Shown here: positions 13,676 to 27,507 of the stretch, piece after piece
Position numbering within the stretch: position 1 is the stretch's first letter
Layout of the letters: each line of letters opens with the position of its first letter
Assembly: GCA_030265395.1 (NCBI GenBank)
Contig: JARFYF010000112.1
Span: 27,493,872-27,557,871 of the forward strand
Direction of reading: 5' to 3'
Length of the DNA: 64,000 nt
Origin: Rhina ancylostomus
Taxonomy: Eukaryota
Notes under the pieces: generated by a model
The model's input: only the letters and a program-made list of their open reading frames with translations
Databases searched by the model: none
What the model was told of the DNA's origin: nothing
Position numbers and translations under genes: made by a program

Positions 13676-16600
13676 TGAAAAGCCATTCTTAAACATTCTG
13701 ATATTTTCTGCACTAATGTGGGGATCAAAGATGAATATATTTTTAATCCAGAACTAAATTTCAAACAATGGCAGTAAATCAAGTTATTGTTTAGTGTTTT
13801 CAAAATGTACCTATACTGTTAATTGTCCTTATGTTAGGAAGTTTTAATATGCATTGAAAGGAAAGAGGCAGTATCAGTCAGGAAGTCAGGCCCAGCCTGA
13901 CCCTCATCATCACCTAAACCAAAATGATGTGAGTGCCGCAGTGGGAGGCCACCTCACGCTGCTTTGAGTTCACGCCAGACACGATGTAATTCCAGCCCAG
14001 TAACAATTTGCATTTAAAGATTACCTAAGTGCCCTTCTGGCATTTCTGTGCTTCCTTTTCAAAGGTAGATATTTGTGCATACACTCAGCATTATAAAGCA
14101 GCCAGGTAAGGCAAAAGGTTCTGAATACAGATTGATTTATGACCCACCAAATTGCCACCCACTCCTGACCAATCCTGCATACATTCTAAGGTTTGTATGT
14201 GCAATAATTGGATGATAGTATCTGGGTAACTACATAAATAATATTGCTCTGACCATCCCTTCCCAACAATCTTTACAAATATTGCTAATAATAGATTTTG
14301 AATTAGGAAGCATTCCAGGGTATTGGTAGTTAGCAATGATCAGCTCAACCTCAGCAGAATCTCCAGCACATTAAACCTGAAGACATGCTGCTGATTTTAG
14401 GTCAAGCTGTGGAGGTGGCACATTAAAGTAAAAAAAAACTCATCCAACATGTCTCCTAATGACTAGCCCAATGATTTATTTCGAAATGACCGTGATGTCC
14501 TGAGGAAGGGCATTACTAGGGCTTTCATTAAGTTTGACATGGAATGGGTGAAACTTCCAGACCAATACTGCACTAGCGAAAACGGGCTGAGATAGACAGA
14601 TAATGCATTGATTCCTAATTAATATGGGTTGATGGTTAAAATGAGTAGGAATCTATATTAGTGGACCTTGTGCCATGGACCTCATCATTCCCTCTCTGAC
14701 AAAAATGAACACTCCTCCACTTAAATGACTCACCACATTCAAAGTGGTGAAAGAGGCGAGTCTGTCTCCCCGCTCCAAAGCAATACACCAAAGAAGTGTA
14801 GCAATTTGCTGATTCCCCGCAATTAAAGGCCCCCCCCCCCAAAAAATAGAAAGACCCCTCAATACTTCTGCCTTTCCAAGTTATGGATTGACATGCATTT
14901 CAAACAGATTTATGCATTATTCAGTCTTTTCTCCCTCTTATGTAACTCTAGTCAAAGGAGCAGAATTGGTTGCAGAGGTGGGGGGGGGGCTGTTAAATGG
15001 GGTGAACAGAGAGGCTTAAAGAAATTGCAACTAAAGATGTGGACACAGGGGACTTTGGACTGTAATTAAGTGATGGGCTGTCAGACTGAAATCTGCCTTG
15101 TGTCTCTTTAAAAGCAAGCCTGGACCAAGGGGAGTGCTGCTAGCACTCAGCCAGACTGAGTCACTTCAGTTGATAGCACAAAAGCCTAGAGTAGGCTGCT
15201 GAGGAAGTGTGTGCACTGTGGAGACCCCAAGAAAGACTTTACACATTTATTTAATTCCTGCTTGTCATTATTAATTTATGTAAACAAAATTATAAATCTC
15301 CACAGCTGGCAAAACGCGTTAAAATATGTATCTAGATTTCCTAAGGTCTACATAAATTAGTACAATAAATGTTTCTATCTCCCAACCGATTGGTGTTCTA
15401 AGAGACTATTTGTTCCTTATCCCCAAACAAGAACTGAGTTATCCCAATAACTTGGAGAAACTGAATGGAAGAGAAAGAGAGCACTTTGATCATCAACATC
15501 ACACCTCAAACAAAAGCTGTTCAACAAGGATACAGTGTTCTGACTTTGGAATGTTGAATGCACCCCGTGGTAGACAAAGGATGCTAACAGATTGGAAATG
15601 TACGTTTGGAATGATATATCAGAAGATCTGTAGAACAACCGCACTGTGGTGTTTTGTGCTCCGGTCTCTCCAATGTGGTGATTTCCACTACTTTAAACAT
15701 CCCCATCCCTACACACCTCTATCTTTCTTGGTCACCCCACCATCCCCTCCTTTCAACTTTCACAAGTACACACATCTCTTTCTTCGTTACCCCTCCCTCT
15801 CACCCAGACGCGCACACCTGCCTTCCACGGCTCCCCACCCCCATCCCCACCATAACTATTCTGCCGTTCTTGGTTAAACAAAGACCATGTAAAATTCTCT
15901 TGGCCTTGTTGAGCTTCCCGGGCGTTAAACGGTAACAACGTTTCTAAAAAGGGTGTATGCCCTTTAATTGCAAAACATTTAAAACAAAAGAGAGCGGGGA
16001 ACTTGGTCTCTCCCGCCCCTGTAGTCGGTGGCATTGGCTGTGGAAGCCAATGTGGGCGATTATACAACTTGTATGCAGGGCTCTAGAGATGTCGCTTCCC
16101 TAGATTAAAATTACAATATCGCCAATTTGATCATTAAAAATTGCTTTTGTGCCCAGACATGCTTCCACATAATCCGCTATGTCTGTAGGGCGAATCTCAG
16201 CAACAAGCTTCTTAGTAATGAAGGATCAAATATGAAACTAAACGTGTAATTTTGTTTGCATTTAAATAAGCTGTTTAACTAACTGTTCTTATAAACTTAA
16301 AGACTGAAGTGTATCGGCCAAAATGCTCATTAACGGGGTGAACCCAACGGGAAAAAAAAGACGCAAACGTCTCGAAATGGGTGAAAGGTTCGGAGATTAA
16401 AAACAATTGCGGGTGAGATTTTGAGGCTAAAGTAATAAAGATTTATTAAGAACAAAAGCACAACAAGGGTGCAAAGACCCAAAGACTATCACTGCAAAAC
16501 ACTTTAGGTAATTATGTATATTGCTTTAATTAAAGTTGTGGGTACCCAATGTAAACGGCACTAAACCACTCAAGTACTGACAACCACGTCTTTACTATAC

Positions 16601-17699
16601 TGTTTGCAGTACAGGCAGCCTGTATTAACTTACACATAGCATTGCAATGCGAGCCAGTGCTCCACATTTCACTAAAGCACACATTGCCTTTTAAGTCAAT
16701 GAAAGGATTATTAATATCTGATGAAGTGCAGCAAAGTTTGCCAAGTTTGGACTTGGCACCTCCAAAAATGCAGCATCTCCCCTCCCCCTTCCCTTCTGGG
16801 CTGTATTTAGAACTGAACCTCCATTTACTCGAAGAGAACTTAGTCCTGAGCCGGGAAACAACTTTCAATTAAATTGCAACAGGCAAATGCTGGCAAGCCC
16901 CACCCTCTGACAAGTAACACTTGCTCTGAGGCACCCCATTTACCCCAAGCCCCAGCGCAAAGGAACTGGCTGGCGGTGCAAGCAGGGTGAAACCAGGCCA
17001 TGGCATTGGTTCATCAATAATGAAATCGGGACGGGTCCTGCAAACAGTCACTCTTGTTTAAAATGGTTGGTGGGGTTTATTTTGATTTTAAAAAGCACGT
17101 GCTCTTTATTATAATTCCGAATAGATAAACAAGGCTTCTGAATAGTGGCGTTCAGCAAGCAATTTTCCAAATGTGGAAAGCAACTCAGTTCACGGTTAAT
17201 CCCAGCCAACGACACCTCTTTTTTTTAAAAAAAGAACCCTATTTGAAACACTTCTGCTTCGCTCCAGATCTCCCAACACACAAACGCCATTCATTCCACT
17301 GGGGGCAATCCCTCTGGGTTTGAGAGAATAGATAAATTATATTGCATCTTACTCTTTGCCACCTGGATTCAACATTTTCCATTATTGACATGGGTCTCCC
17401 AGTGTTCTTCCTCTACTGATATGAGAGTGCCACACAATCTTATAAATGCACGATTGTTTTTCTACAGAATCTCCACTGTAATTGTGTATAACTATTTAAC
17501 AAGACTTGACATTCAGTTTCTCTCCTCCTGGCACCTTGTCACAATGGGTAGAATACCACAAAACTTAGCTTATCCACACACCACTAGTAATGGAGAACAG
17601 TGAAACATTATGGTAACAAAAGCGGCAACGAGACTGGGATGGGTGTGACTTCCTCGCCTTATTATTTCATTTAGGCTAACAAGAAACCTTCATAACAGT

Positions 17700-17890
17700 C
17701 AAATGTATATAAGCGCTTCAATGTGGTAGCATTGGTGCTTTACAACAGGATAATCAGATACATTTTTTACTCTGAATATTATTGTCGGGACAAATAAGTT
17801 TGATAGACTTGAAGGAAAACCTTCAACAAGAGGTTGGAGAGGTTGGGGGGGGGGGTGGAGGGGGGCGATTTCCAGGTCTAGAGGTTGGGC
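17700..17890 (-). mobile_element. L2-like 3' tail fragment
   Basis: atgtatataagcgcttcaatgt...gtgctttaca tail followed by purine-rich L2-type sequence. Confidence 0.4.
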
Positions 17891-19850
17891 TCACAAGCGG
17901 GAATTCACATCCGAAACACAAGTAGATCCGCTTCGTTTGTGGTCGGTCCACATAGGTACAAAGATGGAGGAATCCTTCTTAATCCAGGATGTGACAGAAA
18001 ATCCAGGTAATTTCTGAAAACTTCCAGACACAGTGCCCTTGTATGGTAAGACTTGGCCACTGCTTGTAGGCGCATAAAAACTTGTCCTGAAACACATTCT
18101 ACAGCAAAACCCGAGCATCCCCGGAAGCATTCACCCGTGAGTTTATGCCGAGGTACAAATAAAGGCGGGGGACCCCCAAATGATATTTTCCCCTTATTAC
18201 TTCCTGTCAAACGTTTATCCGGGAACGCTGCGCTGGCCGCTTAAAAGTCTTCCAAACGCACAGCAATTTTGCAAGTGTTACAGAACTAATGAGTAAGATT
18301 CGTTCCCTGCTTCCTTCTCACCTTGTCACCACAGCGCTGACGCTATGTACTGCACTACAGTACCAAGCTCTTGTTAATCGCTCCAGGCCACAGATGCTTG
18401 AGAAATTCCAAGTAATAATTGTCCCCATATTCTTAAGGAAATTAAAGCTAAAGCTAATTGTGTTTGCCGGGAATAGCGGTATTAGCCTGGAAAGACTGCA
18501 TTTGAAAATCGATAAAGCAGCCGCAAATACCCAAGCGCCCAAAACATTTTTTTTGCTCTAATACTTTAAAGCAAATGTATCGCCCAGCCCTCTGGCTCAC
18601 ACTAAAATGTGATGCGCAGACGGAGGTATATTCCATACTCGCAGATTGACACGGCGCAGAAGGGGGTCGTTCTCCGATCTGCTCTTTCAAAAATCCACTC
18701 TGCAAAATTGAAAGTTCTGGAAATTTTCCCCAATTCCCCGTTGGAAGTTACTATTGGTTCTGCTCCCAGCATCCTTTCGGACGCTGCATTCCAGATCAGC
18801 ACGTCTCTCTTTTGTAAAATGTACAAAAACCATCCGTTTGGAAAGAGGGAATTCAACAGTAAACGCCAATGCAATTGTGGACCCTGGATAAAATAAACAC
18901 TGGGAGGTTTGTTTTCTCTCCGCAGTAAGCACAAGGATCTCGGAACCCCATTATCACCCTCCACACAACCATTCTCAAAATATTGATGAGTTTTCAGGCT
19001 CTTAAAACCCCAAATTTAGAACCACCTCATTGCTAACTCGAATCCATTTCAACCTGGTATTGTCTTGCACTGGATTCTGCCTTCATCTCGATAATATCTT
19101 GTGTTGATATAATCAAAAGATAAAACGTGCAGCCGTTTTTTAAAATAAAAGGTCCCTTAACGCAAATCTGTGAAAGTAATTTGCATTATGGAGCTTCTTG
19201 GATTTCTCTGGCACAATGCTTCAAACTTATGGGCAGTGACCTATTTGCTTACTCCACCGTGTAAGTAACCCAGTGCATGGATTGGTCGATGGAAATATCC
19301 AGGACGACACTGACGCGATACTGACAGAGGCACTCTGCTACAAATTTGGCACGTTGCCAATTATTTTCAATGGTTGTAAACTGCGCTCTGTTTTTCGTAA
19401 AGAGAAAAAAATTTCAATTATACATTCGGCCTCAGCTTCAAAGCGCTTAACTAATCTGCTGCAATCAATGTACCTGAAATTCCCAGCGAAAATAGCGAAT
19501 ACCAGACACGTCTGAGGCCAAATAATACTTGAGAGTCCAACCGCAGTTTATTTAAAATGGAGCAACCCCTCCTCCTTCCTCCCAACTTCTCGCCACATNN
19601 NNNNNNNNNNNNNNNNNNNNNNNNNNNNNNNNNNNNNNNNNNNNNNNNNNNNNNNNNNNNNNNNNNNNNNNNNNNNNNNNNNNNNNNNNNNNNNNNNNGA
19701 ATTGCTTTCCTGGGAGCCAGCATAAACTTTTGTTGTTTGAATGGCCTCCTTCTGTGCCTTTATAAGAGTGGGTTACAGGCTGCCAAATTATTCAATTCAA
19801 TAGTTTTAAGAATTGGTCGCACCGACCCATTTGCACCCTCGCCCCACCAA

Positions 19851-19874
19851 ACACACACACACACACACACACAC
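19851..19874 (+). repeat. (AC)12 microsatellite
   Basis: Direct reading. Confidence 0.95.
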
Positions 19875-19886
19875 CCTCAGTGAGAT

Positions 19887-19936
19887 ACAGATCCTGCCTG
19901 ACCTGCCGAGTATTTCCAGCATTTTCTGTTTTAATT
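19887..19936 (+). mobile_element. Penelope-type element, single arm
   Basis: acagatcctgcctgacctgccgagtatttccagcattttctgtttt resembles the arms of the other copies. Confidence 0.6.
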
Positions 19937-20210
19937 ATGAGAGACTGAGCAAGCCTCTACGGCAGAGATGAATCAATAAGGCAGAGTCGGTTCAAAGTGG
20001 GATTATATCTATGGGTAAATTGGTTGAGTAAAAGTCTAGACTAAACTTTCAGTGGAAGCAAATAAAAGAAATATAAACGTAGAACTGTTTTTCTTAAAAG
20101 ATCTTGAACCTTCCTCTGTGTGTGTGTGCGTACGTGTAGGAGTGCGTGTATGTGAAATTATGTGGAAAGTAGACCTTAAAACGATTGAGAGACTGATATT
20201 GTGGTACTGT

Positions 20211-20410
20211 AAATAAAAAAAAGATACTGCTGAAAAGACTGCGGGTCAGGCAGCATCTGTGGCGAGAGAAGCCGTGTCAATGACCTTCCATTACAGCCTT
20301 CCACATTAACTCTTTTTTTTCTCTTTCCCTGCCCCCTGACTGCTGTGTTTCCAGTATTTTTGTTTTTATTTTAGGCCTCCAACGTCCGCAGCTTTTTTTG
20401 TTTGCTTTTG
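20211..20410. mobile_element. Degenerate Penelope-type hairpin element
   Basis: ggtcaggcagcatctgtggcgagagaa arm, inverted arm cctgactgctgtgtttccagtatttttt, and tail ccaacgtccgcagcttttt. Confidence 0.6.
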
Positions 20411-23400
20411 GATTGCAATACCGAACACCAGGATTGATTTCTGCTGGAGCAAAGGCTGTCTGGTGTTTCAGATTTCTTTGGGTTGCTTTTATCCATTGCT
20501 CAACCCCTATCAGTGACGGGCTGCTTGAATTCTGTCCGCGTCTGGAGATTGGTATACCTTCCAGATCCTTTCAACCCCCGCTGGCTATTGCCATTCTCCT
20601 TCATATTTAGACAGCTCTGTCGGCACATTTCTCATGTAACACTGATAGAATACACAGCATTTGCCATTCGGCCCAACTAGTCCGTGCTGGTGACTCTACT
20701 CCAACCAGGCTATTCCCACACTACTTCGCTCCGTCATCTGCTGCCTTATATTCATGTCACCCTCTTGAATACATGTATTTTTATTGTACTTATGGGTACA
20801 GACAGCACTGTCCTTGAGACTGGAACAGCCTTTGAAATATTTATCTAAAAATGTGTAGGGCAGAAGCTTTGATGTTTATAGAGTTCGGTAACCACAAGAA
20901 CAGGACTTTGTACCCTATTGGTATGATTTCTGAATACAGAAGAGGTGGGAAGAGGGATGAAATACAACTCTTCCTCTTCCTCGATTAAAAAGCGCCTAAC
21001 CTGATTATTCTTCAGGGTTAAACCTGCGCCAGGCAACTCCCATTTTTGGAAACGGCTGGGATGTAATTTAGTTACATCTGATTCATTTATCATACCCAAT
21101 CCTCCGCCTGTGAAACTTTTTTTTATTCTGGGCACTTGATCAGTGAGTGCTAAGTTCAGGCTAGTGATCAGAGACTGGACCACGCTGTCTTATGTCCCAA
21201 TAAACCACAGAGAAAAAAGGCGCATACATTGCTTTCAAGTATGGGCAACGAAAACAAAACTAACTCAGAGCAGGCTAAACAGTGATATTGTTCGCACTAA
21301 TGTCACGTCTTGGCTCAACCAGGTGGCGAGCAGATCAGCCTTCTAACATTACGTCTTGTACCAGATGAGCCATTCAATTCCTCTCGTCTTTCTGCTGACG
21401 GAAATCCTGACCCCAAAACCCCAAATTTACAATGATCTGAAAGAATCCTCCACCTGGCCGGCAAGGGTTAAAAGAGACCTCTCGAGTTCATGGCACTCGG
21501 TTCCACTTTGGTCTAAGTAAAGGAGCCACAGGACAGATTTCACCTGGCTCTGGTACCTTCGTGACCAAACGGTACATCCTTAAAAACGCCAGCGGAAGAC
21601 CCTGCATAAACCTCCCGGTCCCTAATTACGGTGAAATGTATTAAGGATACAGAGCGGTCTAAAGGGTTTCCACGCAGTCACAGCTCGGATCGCAGCATCG
21701 AATTTCCAGTTCGAACCTTTAAATCCAGAACTGACGAGAATTTGAGCTTGTTAAAAGGGCACGGAGCTAAAAAGAGGAACCGCTGTTTAATTTTTAAAAT
21801 GCCTCGAGCTCATTACGGAGAAATGAGACACGAAAAAGCGTACAGTGTCTTTAAACACCGGGGATTATAACGCACACTTTGTTACGTTTTTCTTTTAATA
21901 TAGTAATGACATGCTAGATACGTTGATTCAGTAACAAATTTAAATGAATTTCTAGTGGTGATGAAGTGGTTCAGAGAAGTATGGTACTGGTTAATATTGT
22001 ACTTTCCAAGGACACTGGCGAGGCCCGTGGTGCGTGTCCGCTAAAGGCTTTCACGCGTGAGGGATGGCCTTCAGCCGCTGAGTTGTCCTTTCCGAAGTTT
22101 TAAGTTTTAAAAAGTCGTTTTAAAAATAGAATTCTTGTGGCAATGTTAAGATGCAGCCGCCTTATCATGCCAACACACCTACAAATATCCATTCCAAGTC
22201 TATGCCGTCTGCTAGAATGTTTTACATTACCCACCCTTCCATCTCATAGAAGTTAGTTACACAGATTTTGTGTTTTTTTTATTTTCTGAGAGCTGAGTTT
22301 ACATCAAATATGTCTTACTTTAAGTATTTCCTTTTTCCCATTTCTACCTTCTGCATGTGTTTCAAGAGAATCGCCCAAACCATTATGACTCGGAGCTACT
22401 TATTAAACTCTAATGTCGACTAAAATAAAGACGACCAAGTATTCTTAATTTTAATGCACAGCCACCTTCCAATGGTAAAGTCGTCGAACTTTTTAACGGA
22501 AACTTGAAACTACTCTCCATAATTTAATATTTCAAAACTCATTAAGTAAATGAGGTGGACATATGGACAGTAATACCTACTGCTCAAAGTAATTATTAAA
22601 CTGAAAACTTAAAAGTCAGTCGCATTTAGATGAAATGATTTAAAAAATCTGTCCAAATCCACAATTTCTATAAGACAGTCGTACAATCGGACTAATTTAC
22701 ATAAAACACTGAATATTAACACTTTGACTGCCAGCTGCATTATCTGGATTTGTTGAGCAACCTATTTAGTCCTAACTATAGTAACCAAGGAGAGAAACTG
22801 AGAATCAATAGGGTTTCGGCCTTGCCTACCAACACATAGCATTTCAATTAAAGCCTCCCTCCTGCATTATCGTGCATTCACCTCACAACTCAGTAGCTGG
22901 CCCTAGTAAAAAAATAGTTAAAGGCTCTTGTTTTATAAGTCTCAGTGTCACCGAAGAGCCCGTCAGACGTTTAAATAGCTCGATAGACGATAATACTCGA
23001 ATTCCCGCAGCCCCGTTCACCACCGAGGGAAGTCCCAAAGAGCTGTACACCCAATAGATTATCTTTTCGGCTGTAATCGTCGTAATGTGGGGGAAACTTG
23101 ACGCATTTAAACCGGGGAATCAAAAATGTTTCAGCGCTGGTTATATGGGTGCTTCAACTAAAGCCCCGTTCCTCCAAAAATACAGCAAACGATGATAAAA
23201 TCATCAAAGCTGCAGCCAAACTGAACTTCAGGCTTTGCAGAATGGTTACGGGGAGCAGAATCGCTGATGCGTACATGCAATCGCTGAGAAACCGGGAGAA
23301 TTATAACATGGGGGAACTGAAACTATTTTTTAAATGGTCATTTGGGTTTGACAATGAGACAGAACGCAGCTTCAAAATATCACCAGTTAAACGCCATACA

Positions 23401-24724
23401 GCAGCGAAGATCTGATTGTAAGCAGTTAACAGTCGAAACTTTAGCAAATCTGCTGAAATGAATTAAGGACTGCACTTAAATATTAGCTATAATTCAATCT
23501 CTAGGTGGATGTGCCGTTGTTCCTTGGACTTTAGGGAATCGCCAACAGCTTGCAAATCATTTTGCCATGTTATATATACATATAGCTAGACATATTATAC
23601 CAATAAATGAATGTAGTTTCACAAATGTCATGTTTGGTGCTTTCTATTCGCTGCTCCACCAGTCTTTTTTTCACACAAAGGTGCACTTTCAATCTGCGCA
23701 ATTCTAATCATCCCTAACAAGCGTGAATGTCAGACAATTTGCATGCTTGAGGGAAAAAGTAGTCAGCGAGGCGCAGCTTCCTCGAGAAACATTTACAATT
23801 CATTTAACCAGTTGGCATGGACCCTTAACAACACCTTCAATACCCCCCCGCCCCCCACACACACTCCACCACCACCACCACCACCACCTTTTATCTCGCA
23901 ATGTAATGTCGAGATTTCCGCCGGTTTTTGTCTGGCGTTTTTTAGAATGTGCCCTATGTATTACTATCAGTTTCCTGGTATAAACTTTCTAAAATAAATA
24001 AATCAATTGAGCAATGGCAATCTGGAACATATGTCACAAACTCCAAACGGAATTTCTATCCCTGTAAATCTAGTCCAAAGTTTTTAACTAAAATGTCTTT
24101 CTACCGAAGCGATAAAATGCACTAAAGAATGTTGTCTGCATTTATTTGTGTTCAATGCTTGTGTATTTACATACCAAAGGGAACCCATTTACGGAGAATT
24201 AGAACTGCGCCTTCAGACAAAGGTGCGAATATTTGTTCGAATTCACCATAAAAATAGTTGTTTGCAATTTAATCCGATTTGAAATTCCTAGCCATCTAGA
24301 TTACATTCATTTTACTGCAAACTCCTCTTTCACATCATCTACATATTATCTATCTTCAACCTGGCGATGGGTTCGACCACGTTTTTTTTCCCCTGCTTTG
24401 AACCGACCTGTATTTTTAGATATTTGGGTACTTATACAGTAAATTGGCTCGCATTGAATGCAATGGAGGGGATGTGTATCCAAACCAGAATCAAATGCTT
24501 GATGTTACTTCCGAATCATCGCCGAATCAATGTAAGTTTAGGTACTAGTACGATGGAGCACGTTTATCGTCTGCAGAGGTAAGATTAGAAAGTAGAAAAC
24601 CAAGGTCGTCCCAGGTAAAATATAACCTCAGCCCCGAATGTTCCTAATTAATACCACGCATTGTCTGCCTTCTAAAATGCTGACTTAATCGCATTTTAAA
24701 GTTAGAAGTTAGGCGTATAGTTAC

Positions 24725-24726
<2 letters not shown>

Positions 24727-24760
<34 letters not shown>
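24727..24760 (+). repeat. (AC)17 microsatellite
   Basis: Direct reading. Confidence 0.95.
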
Positions 24761-24762
<2 letters not shown>

Positions 24763-25428
24763 ATATATGCAGTCTATATACTCGAACCTCTTCCATCGGC
24801 CTCGCTCAACTTAACGCCTAGCATGCCACCAATATGACCACAAGTAAACCAAGGTCCTCTCGGTTAGTGCTACGCAACAGCAAGCTCCGAGAGAACGACA
24901 TTTACTTCATTATATTCTACACAGTTCAGTGTTTCTCGTCTGCCCGTCCTGTGCTGATTCCAAGCACAACAGAAAACAACACCGACTCACTGGGGAACAA
25001 AACATTTCGAATGCGCTTAACACTTAATAAAAGGGGAAACTGCTTAGGAGCACCGGATTACAGTCAATGAGATCTGGATAGGGGACATTTGACCCGAAGT
25101 ATTATTATTAAGAACTACATCCATCATGTGCTGGCATAATTTACGTACTATATTGGTGCATCATTTGACAAAAAAAATGGAAGTTTACAGAACTTCCAAG
25201 CAAACTTTTTAAAATCTTGCAATCTCCCACACAGTTCCTTCTCTCCCGTCAATGGAAGGGCTCTCATTTACTGGGCAAACCCTCGTGGTTTTGAAAAATC
25301 ATTGTTTTTCTTAGAAAATACAAAACACAATTCCGTCAGGACTCAGATGTCTCAGATATAACACAGACTCGCCTTTTAAAAGCATTAAAAGCAAAACAAT
25401 TGTTAGCGGAAGAGAAGGCTCCACCTAC

Positions 25429-25630
25429 CCGAGTGCCCGTGAACCGAAACCGGCGAAGAGAGGTACTTGCCCGGGGGAAGGTGAGACCCGAGCGCCGAGC
25501 TAAGGTGGCCGGCTGAGGAAACGATCCGACTGCCTGGCCCGCCGACTCTATGCGCCTCCATGCCCAGCCCGGTGAGCAGAGGAGACGGGACGTGAACTGT
25601 TCGGTGATGGCCGAAATCTCTCCCATCCAT
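25429..25630 (-). CDS. TNRC18: First coding exon of a TNRC18/BAHCC1-family BAH-domain chromatin reader (best match TNRC18); 67 codons + 1 nt, partial CDS
   Basis: Translates MDGRDFGHHRTVHVPSPLLTGLGMEAHRVGGPGSRIVSSAGHLSSALGSHLPPGKYLSSPVSVHGHS(G). This closely resembles the human TNRC18 N-terminus as I recall it (MDGRDFGPQRSVHGPPPPLLSGLAMDSHRVG...LPPGKY). It ends at a phase-1 donor G|GTAGGT (GT at 25428-25427). Family assignment is firm; TNRC18 versus BAHCC1 is less so. Confidence 0.85.
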
Positions 25631-25759
25631 AATCAGTCAATGCGATTCCTTTCAACTCTGCTTCGGAACTAATCCCTCCTGTTTAAATTCAGGCTACTAG
25701 ATAGTCCCAAGATTTACAAGCCTATTATCAGGTTTTGTTCGAGCCATTCTGAACGGCAT
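25631..25759 (-). other. TNRC18: 5'UTR part of exon 2 (whole exon 25429-25759)
   Basis: Strong acceptor on the minus strand, tttctctcccttcttgcacAG| (AG at 25761-25760), 129 nt upstream of the start codon. Confidence 0.75.
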
Positions 25760-27507
25760 CTGTGCAAGAAGGGAGAGAAACATTACTTCAGTATATTCAG
25801 TGCAATTTAAAAAATCAAATCCATCTTTCAGAAACATTTTCCTACAATAACTCAAATTCATTAGCAAACGTGGCTTTTATTAATTGAAAAAAAGGGAGAA
25901 AATTACAAGTATGTTTCAAGTTAAACTCAAAATATTTCCTCTTTAAGGATCGGCGTCATATTCAGCTCATGAGCCTTCGCTCTTGAATAGAAATTGTAAT
26001 TTAAGTATACGTTAGAGCTCGGATCTTACAGTTTACAGCCTCTACCGATAGTTCCGTCTTTTTGTAAACAACTGCTCAATCACCGAGTTGAAATTCTGCC
26101 TGGCATTTCATTGACTAGCGCAAGACATACCGAATGCTCGGAAAACTAAAGGTTGCCTTCAGTACGATTCTTCAGGACAATTATGCCATCGCTACCGCCC
26201 ATACGACAGCAGAAAGCAGACAAAAAGGATTTTTAGGTCAGAGTAACCTCCCGAGCTTTATTTTAACAGCATATGGTCACTGTTGGCATATAGTTTTTAA
26301 AAAGCTACCTAAGAGTAGCTTTGGCTATGCAAAAACAAAAGCAAACGCATTGCCTCATAAAATTATAGATGATTACATTCTGAAGTCAGTAGCTTTTTAA
26401 AACACTTCACAAAATGATCGTCTTTTGAGATGTTTACAAGATAATAAGTTTAAAGTTATATTGTACATATTCTGGTTAAATAATTCAAATTAAATATATA
26501 AAATCAGCAATTAAGTACTGATAGAGTGATAGCTTCTTTAGAGACAATATTTTGGCTCTATCACCATAGCCCTGATACGTACAGGGGAAGAGTTGTTTTA
26601 AAAATAAAAATTACCCCCACCCCTTCGTTATCTAATTAAACCATTCCTATTCCTAAACTGCATTCAATACAATCGACCGATTCCTTTCCTCATTAAAGCG
26701 TATAATTGTTTTATCGTGATTTTTTTTGCAGTTTCTAAAATCCCAAGTTCATTCACACCAGTCACTGTTCTCTCCTAAGACGCGATACTGAAACATGCTG
26801 AAACATGCAAATACAGAAGGCAAAGGTTCCAAAAACTCATCGGTTAGGCGTGTAAGGCATTCCAAAATATACTGCAAGAGCAGCAGGCATTAATAATAAC
26901 ATCTTCAGATAGAACCGAAGGTATTTTCTGTCGAGAACTTTTCGCCACATTTGCCAACCTAATCCTTTAGGAGCTTTGTTTTCGTACCCAGGCTTTGGCC
27001 AGTGTTTCACGAAATGGTTTAAATCTTGATTTTAATTAAAAACAGGCATTTGATCAAAGAGCACAATCAATTGCAATCCCCGTCTCCCGTGGAACACAAA
27101 AAAATAACTAACCCTGTTTTTAGGGGGAAAAAAAACCTAAAGCTTAATATGCGTCTATGTTTGTTTATTTTCACTTATCTTTTTAGCAATAAAATGAAAA
27201 TAGATCTTTTTTTAAGCGAGTAGCATTGATCCTCTTAACTTGCTCTTACAAAAGATCCGGTCTAACTTCAGCAGAGAGTTAGACAGTCCATTCGACAGCA
27301 GTGAAATATATAAGAAACAATCCCACCTCTATTCCAGTAACGTCTAGTGTTCTGGAGAATCTCACTTCCCAATCCAAACTTGTGCGAATGCGCCCAGAAT
27401 AAATGTTTTTCACGGTTTGCGCGCCTTCCCATTACTTCACGTCTTACAAGCACGGTTCACTACCCTGTACAATAGTTAGAGTACGTTAGATGCGAAACTT
27501 TACTCAC

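Larger units (their letters stand above)
1..25428 (-). other. TNRC18: Intron 2 (continues beyond left edge)
   Basis: Starts at the GT donor at 25428. I could not find the expected next coding exon (FLGSF...QLW-like motif) in the window. Confidence 0.65.

Noticed and set aside
25403-25428. ORF-track extension of the TNRC18 exon (RWSLLFR-stop)
   Set aside because: Read-through into the intron past the GTAGGT donor
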